DNA of 64,000 nucleotides from a virus: IMG/VR virus record IMGVR_UViG_3300036406_001149; one strand, 5' to 3'. Shown piece by piece: positions 1 to 9,900 of this stretch (position 1 is its first letter; each line of letters starts with the position of its first letter). The notes under the pieces were generated by a model. It saw only the letters and a program-made list of their open reading frames with translations, ran no database searches and was not told where the DNA came from. The position numbers and the translations under genes were made by a program.

Positions 1-825
1 AGCCCATCTTTAAATGATCAGAGAGAAGCTCAAAAAATTTATAATCAAGCCTTTACAGACGCTATTAAGTCCAAGAGCGTGGTAAGAGCCAAGCTAGATG
101 ACTTGCTCAAAGACCAGGGACTATGGAATGATGAAAAACAGGCTAAGTTTACAGAATTACAGAAAGAATTATTGGAAGGAGAGAAAAAGTTAGCTAAAGG
201 AGGTATCTCTTTAAGAGAAGCTAGAGAATTAGCTTTGAGAATGAAAAAACTTAGAGAAGATATCAGAGATCTGATCAGTGTTAGAACATCTTTAGACAAC
301 CATAGTGCAGAAGGTCAAGCAGATAATGCAAGATTCAATTATCTTGTATCCGTATGTGTGGTGTATAAAGATACTAATGATAAATATTTTAATAATTTAG
401 AAGATTACCTAAATAGAGCAGATGACCCTGTAGCTATGCTAGGTGCTCAAAATTTGGCTAATATGCTCTACGGATTGGATAATGACTTTGAAAAGAATTT
501 ACCAGAAAATAAATTTTTACATAAATATAAGTTTGTTAATAGTGAATTAAGACTTATAGACAAAAAGGGTAGGTTGATTGATGCTGATGGTAGGCTTGTT
601 GATGACAGAGGAAGATACATAGACGAAGAAGGAAATTTTGTAGATAGATTTGGTAATAAGATGAGCGAGACTGGAGAATACATAGTTGATGCACAACCGT
701 TTTTTGATGATGATGGAAAACCAGTTATCCCCACAGAAGAAGACAAGAAAACTAATGAAGCACCAAAAGACCCAGAGCCCGTTGTTCAACAACCTGTTGC
801 TGACAACACAGTCAAAGAATCCTAA
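1..825 (+). CDS. Putative tail assembly chaperone, 5'-truncated by the window edge
   Basis: Frame 1 is open from base 1 (SPSLNDQREAQKIYNQAFTDAIKSKSV...) through the listed 79..825 ORF. It is helical and charged with an acidic/Pro tail and lies immediately upstream of the TMP, the usual chaperone position. Function is inferred from position only. Confidence 0.6.
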   Translation, partial: SPSLNDQREAQKIYNQAFTDAIKSKSVVRAKLDDLLKDQGLWNDEKQAKFTELQKELLEGEKKLAKGGISLREARELALRMKKLREDIRDLISVRTSLDNHSAEGQADNARFNYLVSVCVVYKDTNDKYFNNLEDYLNRADDPVAMLGAQNLANMLYGLDNDFEKNLPENKFLHKYKFVNSELRLIDKKGRLIDADGRLVDDRGRYIDEEGNFVDRFGNKMSETGEYIVDAQPFFDDDGKPVIPTEEDKKTNEAPKDPEPVVQQPVADNTVKES

Positions 826-859
826 GATTATTCTTCATTTATTGTCTTATATAATAATG

Positions 860-900
860 ACACCATGTTTCTATTTAGTTACATGGTGTTGTTGTTTTTA
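860..900 (+). terminator. Hairpin with T-rich tail between chaperone and TMP
   Basis: Perfect 9-bp stem ACACCATGT (860-868) / ACATGGTGT (881-889), 12-nt loop, followed by TGTTGTTTTTA. Confidence 0.55.
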
Positions 901-914
901 TGGAGTAATTAAGC

Positions 915-3900
915 ATGGCTAGTACTTTTAACCTTACTGCACAACTTAACCTAAGAGGTCCTGCTAATATTAGAGCTGTTGTAGCTAATATTAGAAGACA
1001 AATAGGTACTATTGATGCTAATGTTAATATTGTTGTAAATCCTGCTGCGGTACGTAATTCTACAGCACTTAATACGGCACTAGTAAGACTAAACACCACA
1101 TTACAAACTACTACTGTTAATGCTACCAGTGCTGCCAATGCCATTAATGCATTAGTAGCATCAATGACTTCTGCTTCTAGTCTTAGACCGCCACCAGCTT
1201 TAGTCAATATGCCAGGAACACTAGCTTCTATAGGAGACGCTGCTAGACCGATTGGAACAACTATAGAAACAGCAACTGGTGAAATTACTAATTTCGGTAG
1301 ACAAGCAGGATTAGCTGTTAGAAGATTCTCAGCTTTTGCTGCAACGACAGGTATTATTTATTCGTTTACTAATGCTATTAATAGTGGATTAAAAGCGTAT
1401 ATAGAATTTGATAAACAATTAACAAGATTATCACAGGTAACAGAAGAGAGTCGATCAGGACTTACGGGCCTTACCAATAATATTACTAGTTTGGCTACAT
1501 CTCTTGGCGTTAGTTCATCAGAGCTAGCTAATGTATCAGTCACGCTTGCTCAGGCTGGTTTAAGTGCACAGGATACATCCAAAGCTTTAAAAGCGTTAGC
1601 TCTTAGTGCTTTGGCCCCATCTTTCGATCAATTAAATGATACCGTAGAAGGTAGTATCGCATTGATGAGACAGTTCGGTATTAGCGCAGGGGATTTAGAA
1701 GGAGCACTAGGCTCCATAAACTCAGTTGCTGCTAAATTTGCCGTTGAAGCTTCTGACCTTATTACAGCTATTCAAAGAACCGGTGGTGTGTTCGCATCAG
1801 CTAGTCGCGGAGTTAGTGAAGGCACAGATGCTTTAAATGAATTCTTAGCAATTTTTACCAGTATTAGAGCTACTACTCGTGAAAGCGCAGAAACTATTGC
1901 AACAGGTTTAAGAACTATTTTTACTAGAATTCAAAGAGCAGAAACTATAGACGCTCTAAAAGAATTCGGAGTTGTACTTACAGACCTTGAAGGTAAGTTC
2001 GTAGGACCATTCGTAGCCGTACAAAGATTAGCAGAGGGCTTAGGAAGATTAGATCCAAGAGATTTAAAATTCTCACAGATAGTTGAAGAGCTTGGAGGTT
2101 TTAGACAAATAGGTAAAGTGTTACCACTTATTCAACAATTCGCCACTGCTCAAGAAGCATTAGCGGTTGCTCAAGCTGGACAAGGATCTTTGGCGACTGA
2201 CGCAGCTAAAGGACAATTAGCATTAGCAGTACAAATTCAAAAAGTGAGAGAAGAGTTTGCAGCACTAATACGAAGTATCGGAGAAACAGATAGTTTCCGT
2301 ACAATGATTACACTAGGTTTGGATTTAGCTAGTGCTTTAATAAAAGTTGCTGACGCAACCAAAGGAGTGCTACCATTAGTAGGTTTGATGGCCGCATTCA
2401 AAGGTATTAGTGGTATTACGCAATTTGCTACTGGATTTGCTGGAGGACTTAGAGGCACTCCAGCTACACAAACCAGAAGATTTGCTACTGGTGGTTATGT
2501 TCCCGGTTCCGGAAACAGCGACACTGTACCAGCAAGATTGACTCCAGGAGAATTTGTAATTCGTAAAAAAGCTGTAGAAGCTATTGGCGTTGGTAAATTA
2601 CAGGCTTTGAATAGAAATGCTGGCGGACCAATATCCATTCAGAGATCTAGTATTGGCAGAGGACCTGTCCAGAAATTTAGTGTAGGAGGAAGCCCTGAAA
2701 CACAAACAAATAATGAGTTAACTACTCATAGAACTCATATAGGTCCTAAAATAGCATTATCTCCAAAACAAGCAAAACTAGCAAGATCCTATGGATACAG
2801 CCAGTCTTACGCAGCGTTAGGAGCAGAAAGACAAATTGACTTTGCTCCGTATCTCCCAGCAGTTTGGAATGAACAATGGAGAAGAGGCGGATCAAATAAA
2901 GGAGTTGCTCTTTCTGAAATCCTTAATTATGTTAATCCAAGATCACCAGAACAACTATTTGGTAGAGGAGGTATTCCTTCGTTACTTTATAATAAATTAT
3001 CTAGAAGAAACCAATTACTGCCTTTAAAAAATGTTTTCTTATCCGGATTAAGAGCAGCTCCTTCACTTATTCAAAAAGATTCTCAACTAGATTTTATCTT
3101 GCCAAATTATATTAAACCATTTTTAGATTCATTAGATCTATGGTCACCATTAGCTGAAAAACAAACCTTAACTATTCCTAGAAAATTTTCAGGAACTGAT
3201 GTTTTTAAGACCTTGTTAGACAAAGGAGTTCTTAAAACAAAAGTAAGAACTACTACACCAGGTATTCGTAAATCTTTAGCTCAGGATTTAGGAAATACTT
3301 TTGCCAATGGTGGTTCTATAAGAGCATTCGCTGAAGCAGGAGCAGTGTCTGCTACAGGTGGCAAGCCAGCAACTGCCTCGGAAATACTCAGGGTATTAGG
3401 AGCACAAAAAGCTGCGGCTGCTGGTGGAATATCTTCAACAGATGTATATACTTTACTTAAAAAACAAAAATTAACACCAGAACAGGAAGCAAGTAAAAAA
3501 GCTATTTTTGCAGAATTTACTAAACAACAAAATAGATTATCTGGAGCACAAAAGGCTAAAACCACCAGAGCAGAATCCAAAGGACTAGTATTTGGCGCTG
3601 CTGGTATGATGGGATCCGCATTTGCTCCTATTAATAAGACTATTAATTCTAATTTATTAAAATCTCCGGTGAGTGTGAGGATTGTTAGTGGACTTATGAA
3701 TCCAGATACAGCAGCTTCTCTGGACCAGTCTTTTTCTTCCTCTGTTAACAAAACTGCCAAACAAGCTGCTAAAAAAGTAATGGTGGCTGATATTTTATCT
3801 AATCTTGGTCTTGGTAGAGAATTGAATTTGGATTTTGACAGAACATTAGCTTTTGGAGCAGATAAAGTGTTGGCTGATCCAAAAACTCCAAAGTTTGCTG

Positions 3901-6900
3901 AGTTTGGAGATAGAACTAAAGTAGCAGCCGCTCTTAAAGGAGCAAAGCTTAGTTTATTAGGTAGAGAATTAGTTGGCATGGTTTCTAAAAAACCTGAATT
4001 ACTTAGTAGTCTAAGACTAATTACAGCTCGTCCATCATCAACATTAGACCTTGTTCATCAGTGGTTATCTTCTCAAGGATTACCTATTCCATTATCTCAA
4101 TTCAAGGGATTGGGAGGTCCAGGAGTTTCTGGTTCTCAAATAGCTAAACTTAAAGCGGAATTACTTAGTCCAGGATCAGTATTTGTTGATGATGATGTTA
4201 GAAATGTGAAAGCGGCCAAAGCTAGATCAACAGAAGGAATTACGTCATATAGGTATGGTAATAGAAAAAGTATAAAAAATACTAATGCTGATGCTACAGC
4301 CCAAGGAGTTATCTTTGAAAGAATGATCGAACAATTAGGAGGACCATCAGCTCTAAAAGGCCAAGGTTTAGATTTTCCTAATGGACTTAAGGGAGCAGCT
4401 AAATATTTTAATATACCAGGAAACATCCCCACTGATGCAAAAAGAACAATTAGTGGTCCATCAACAGTAGAGGATAATATTGTTACTTATCTTAAAAATG
4501 TTAAAGGATATAATCTTGGAGGAGTAGTTCAAAAATTTGCTTCTGGAGGCTTATCAAAACCTTTAGACACACTAGAAAGATACTACACAGACGCTACTCC
4601 AATTAATCTTGGTTTGTCTAATAGCAAATCATTAAATAAAGAGGACAGAAAACAATTAGCTTCAGATGTTAGAAATTTACGTAAACTTCGCACAGAAGCA
4701 CCAGAGGAATTATATACTTCAATATCTCGTAATGCATTTGATAAATTTGCTATGGATACTGGATTAAATAAAAATCCAGATATTCCACAAGGAACCAAAT
4801 TTAATGCTAAACAAGCATATTATGCTCCAGAAGTAGCTAAAATTATTGGTAAAACTTTTAGTCTTCCGGGATTCATTTCTACAAGTAAAAACTACGCAGT
4901 TGCCAAATCATTCTTAGATAATGCTCCAAGAGCAAAAGATAATTGGGCAGCTATGCTTACTGTAAAAACAAAAAAGAATGCTCAAGGAGTAGATGTTGCC
5001 GAACAATTAAAAGATCGTAAAATTAATGTAACCAAACAAGATATTAATCCAAGAACAGGCAAAACCGAAACGTTCTTCATGAAACAACCCAATGAAGAAA
5101 ACGAATTCATGCTTTCTCCTCGTTCTAAATTTAGAGTAAATACAGCAAAATACGTAGATTTAATGGGGAGACATAATCTTTGGGCTAATGTTCAGCAGTA
5201 TGCTACTGGAGGATCCGTTCAAGACACTGTTCCTGCTTTATTAACTCCGGGTGAGTTTGTAATTAATAAAAAAGCTGCTAGTAGTTTAGGATCTAGTAGA
5301 TTACATACTCTTAATAGAGCAGATAAAATTAAAGGATTTAACAAAGGAGGTCCGGTAGGAACCGTACAGAATTTCGCTGCTGGAGGTGCCGTACAAAGAT
5401 TTTTCTTTGGTGGTGGTCCAAGAGTTCCAGCTAGACCGGGAGCACAAGCTTCTTTTGAGAATTTACGCATTCCGGACGGCGTGGTAACAGGTCTTGGTCA
5501 GATGATAGATGCCCTAGAAGAATTAGGAGTTAGGTCTTCGGACTCAGCCAATATCTTGCGTAGAGGAGGACAAATTAGTGTAGAAGCTGCTACAAGAGCA
5601 TATGAAGCAGATATTTTAAGATTAAGAGTTTCTGGCGCACCAATGAGAACTGTTATAGAAGCTGAAACAAGACTTGCTAATATCAGACAGCAAGCAGCGG
5701 CTCAAGTCAGAGCTCAAAGACAATTAGCTGGAGTTAATGGTGGTCAATTAGAAACAATAGATTATGATGCACAGCAAAACTTACAAGCTATGATTCAAAG
5801 ACGTCAAGCAAGTGGTCGTGATCTTGATGATACTTTTATGAGACGAGCAGAAAGCGTTTCATATGGAAGAGCAGCTCAAAGAGCTGGATTATCACCAACA
5901 CAAACAGCAGGATTAAGCGGTAATGATCTTAGACAATATATTAATACTGCTATGGGAGATCCAAGAACATTTGAACAAATGAATAGAGCTTTTGAAACTA
6001 GAAGAAGAGCTGAATTAACAAGACAACTAACAGCAGAAGGTCGTTTCGGAGGTGATAGAAATAGAATTTTAGAAGAAGCCAGAAGAATGGCTCAACAAGA
6101 AGCAAGGATTCGTCGAGACACACTTAACGAAACTAGAGGAGCATCTGGTCCGGGTCGTACTGGAATAGGTTCTCAAGCTATGATGACAGGAGCTTTTGGT
6201 ATTCAAATGTTTGGGGGCATATTAGCACAAGGTATAGACAGGAAAAGTAGTGCAGAATCAGCCGGTCTTGCAGCAGGTTTAGAAACAGCCACAACCGGAT
6301 TAGGCACAGGATTAATGCTATATAGTCAATTGGATGAAATGTCTAAAGGATTATCTAACGTTAATACAACATTAGGCAGATTCGGGTCGGGATTAACAAG
6401 AGTTGCAGCTCGATTAACTGCTCTTGGAGCAGCTGCTTTTACGATTGTCTCGACCATTAAAGATGTTGTTAACGCAATGAATCAATTTGATATTGATCTA
6501 CAGAAACAAAAGCTTGAATTTAGTATGAAGGGAGTTGAGCAAGAATTTGAGAGATTAAGAAAAGCTGCAAATAATATAGGATTTGATAGACTAAACAGTG
6601 CTCTAGAATCTGCTTCGAAAGCTTTCGCTTCAGCTCTAGACAGAGTAAGTAAACAATCCACTATTACTTTTACTAATCTATTAGACTACATATATACCTC
6701 TATGCCATATTTTGGCACAGGAGATACTGAAGGATTTGATAAAAGATCTGAGATTGAGAGACTTGGTGGTAAAAAAGCTTATTATGCTTCTCGCAGCGAC
6801 GAAAGATCACTAGCTGATGAATATAAAAAAATTATACCACAACTTGCACAAGAACAAGCGGCTCTTGGTAAAGCTTTGTCAGATTCTTTACTTGAAAGCT

Positions 6901-9900
6901 TCAAAGAGAGAGCTTATAAAGGAGAATCTTTTCAAGATATTGTTAATGATCCTAATTTCAAGAGTTTTGCTGAGTCTTTAGCTAATGCAGACGCGGTTAT
7001 TCGTCAGAGGATCCTTGAACTAGAAAATAGCGGATTAGACGGAGCTGTCATAGAGAAAGAAAAAAAACGCATAATAGACGCAGCTGCTCAAGAAAAAACA
7101 AGACAGCAGGTATTGATTACCATCAGAGACAAAGAAGCTAAATCCGTACAAAGATTTACTGCTGTATATACAGGATCTTTAATTCGTATGTTTAGAAACA
7201 TGGAACAGGCAATAGCAGCAACATCGTTCTCTTTGCAACAAATGCAACAAAGCATAGATGGTAATATAGCAGCTTTAAACGGACAAGCTTCCTTACAGTC
7301 AACAGAATTAGGATTGTCTAATGTATTAAATAATCCAAGATCATATAACGATTTTCAAGGATCACAAGCTCGTGCAACAGCAGGTGGTTTTTTTGGACCT
7401 TCATCTAATATAGTTCAATCTCTATTGTCTGTTGGAGAAACAGCAGAATCTACAGTAATGAAAACTGTAAATTCAGTATTGGCACAAAATCCTGAAGCAA
7501 ATGACGAAGTTATCTCCATGAAAATTGATGCTAATCTTAGACAAGCTCTAAAAGATCTAGGATTGCCACCTGAGTTATCAGAAAAAATAGCAGAACAAGT
7601 TGGTAGAGCAGTAGGAGAATTAAGAAAATCTGGAGAAGACAAGGTGTCTTTTTCTGAAATTCAAGATAAAGTAGCTTCATTAAGTAAAGTTTTAGATACC
7701 GCACAGAATGTTCAGGGAATAGTTAGTAAAGCTTTAGAAAGTTTTGGAGCTGCATTAGATTCTTATAGAAACAATATTAATAAAACTATTGACCTGGAAA
7801 TATCTCGTAGAGATAAATTGCGTAGAGCTGACGATATCTTAGTTAATGCTAATGTAGAATTAGCAAAAGTACTAGGAAAAACTATTGATTTAGATCAGTC
7901 CAGACAAAGATTACAAAATAAAACTAAGAGTTTTACTGGAGGTTCTGTTGATCCTAGAGAAATTTTTAATTCTATTTTGGATTTAGATGCTCTAAGAAGA
8001 AGACAAGAAAGTTCACGAGCACAAGTAGCAGAAAGAGGTCCAGCTGGAGTTCCTGATTTTGCTAGACTTAGTAACAACGTGAAAGATACAAGTATCGCTT
8101 TAAGAGAAAATATTAGTGGCTTAAAACTCTTAGCGGAAAGTACTGAGTTTGCATCAGATGCTATGCAAAAAATGCAAGACGCTCAACAAAGAATAGGGGG
8201 CAAGGTTTCATTTATAGAAAAACTTGTAACATCTACTCCAGAAGAATTAAGTGGTCTTAATATGTCATTTGTTAGACTACAACGGAATATGAATGGTCAA
8301 ATTAATACTATTAATAATAGTATAGGAGCGCAAAAAGCTTATCGTGAAGCTTTAAACAATGGAGCCAATGTTTTTGAAGCTATGAAATCTGCACAAGCAG
8401 CATTTGCCAATGAAAGAAAAGATACTTTAGGAGTACTACAAGACTTATTGCCTTTCTTGGGAGACAGTAAACAAGGATCTAATGTTAGAGCAAATGTATT
8501 AGAAAGTATGTTGCAAGAGTCTGGTATCGGCATAACTCCAATGTTTATGGACGTTTTAAATAGTTTGCGTAATCCAGAAGTTGATCCGGCTGTTTCCGCA
8601 GCACTAGCTTATTATAACGAAGCTAATGCATTACAAGCACAAGCTAACAGATACTTAGCAAACTTAGAAGGAACACTTGCACAAGATATTGCAGACAGAT
8701 CTGCAAAAGCACTTAGTTTAGCTTTATCTAAAACACAATTAACTTTCGTTAATGCCCATTTAGCAGATATAGCTGCTGGTATTAATAGACTAGCTCCTTT
8801 GCAGCCTCAAGGCAAAGCTTCAGGAGGTATTATCTATGCAGCAGCAGGACAAATGGTTGATTTTAGTGCCAAAGGAACAGACACTGTTCCCGCCATGTTG
8901 ACTCCCGGAGAATTTGTTGTTAATAGACAAGCTACTAGTAGAAATAGAGGACTATTAGAATCTATAAATAGTAATAAATATAGTAAAGGAGGAAAAGTTA
9001 GATATTATGATAAAGGAGGTTTCGTACATGATCTTGGTGATGAAACTATCTTTACTAAATCAGCTAGACAAAGTACTACAGAAATTATTGATCTAAATAC
9101 ACCTGCTGCAATAGCAGGTTTAACAAAAGCAAAGTCTGCTTTATATCAAGCTCCTACAGTATACACGTTTTTGAATAGCCCTAAACAAACTCCAAAAGCA
9201 GATGATAATACATTAACTCTAGACCTTAAGGATCTAGAGCCAGATGCCGGTACCAGAGTAGTACCGGGTATGGGACCAATATTAATGAAATATACAGATG
9301 AAGAAGGAGCAACAAAAGTAGATTACCAAATATGGGATCGTGCTGAAGCAGCTCTTTCTAGATTTGCTGGTATTAAAGATGAAAAGAGCTTTTTTCATAC
9401 TGATGGCTCAGACAGTTTGAGTACTATTAAGCTAAATGAACTAGAGCTAGAAAAATATAAGAAAAAAGCAAAAGATAATAATATTGATTGGTCATTAGCT
9501 AAATATAATCTAGATCTTAATAATTTCGGATCTATGCCTTTTCCATCAGATTTTACTGGAGATGGAGATAAATTTGCTACAACAATAGTAAAAGGTAAGT
9601 CATTAGGTATTGCAAAAGAAAGACAGGCTGGAGCAGGCCCGGCATTATCTGATGAAAGAAAAAATATGTATAAAATTTGGAAACCAAAAAGAGGAGGAGA
9701 AACTGACGTTGTATCCACTAATTTCCCTAACTTTGCTATGGGAACACCGTATGCTTCTACTGATTTCGAACAAAAAAGAGAGGCTGGTACCTCTTTGGTT
9801 ATGTCAAATTGGGAAAAAGACGTTATTGCTTTTGATAAGTTGGGAGCACTAAAAGACTCTAACGACGAATCATACCAGAAATATGAAAATACTGCTAATT

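Noticed and set aside
6170-6480. Hydrophobic Gly/Ala helices in the mid-TMP as a separate pore-forming toxin
   Set aside because: Such segments are ordinary in TMPs (membrane channel for DNA entry) and lie within the canonical helical region.
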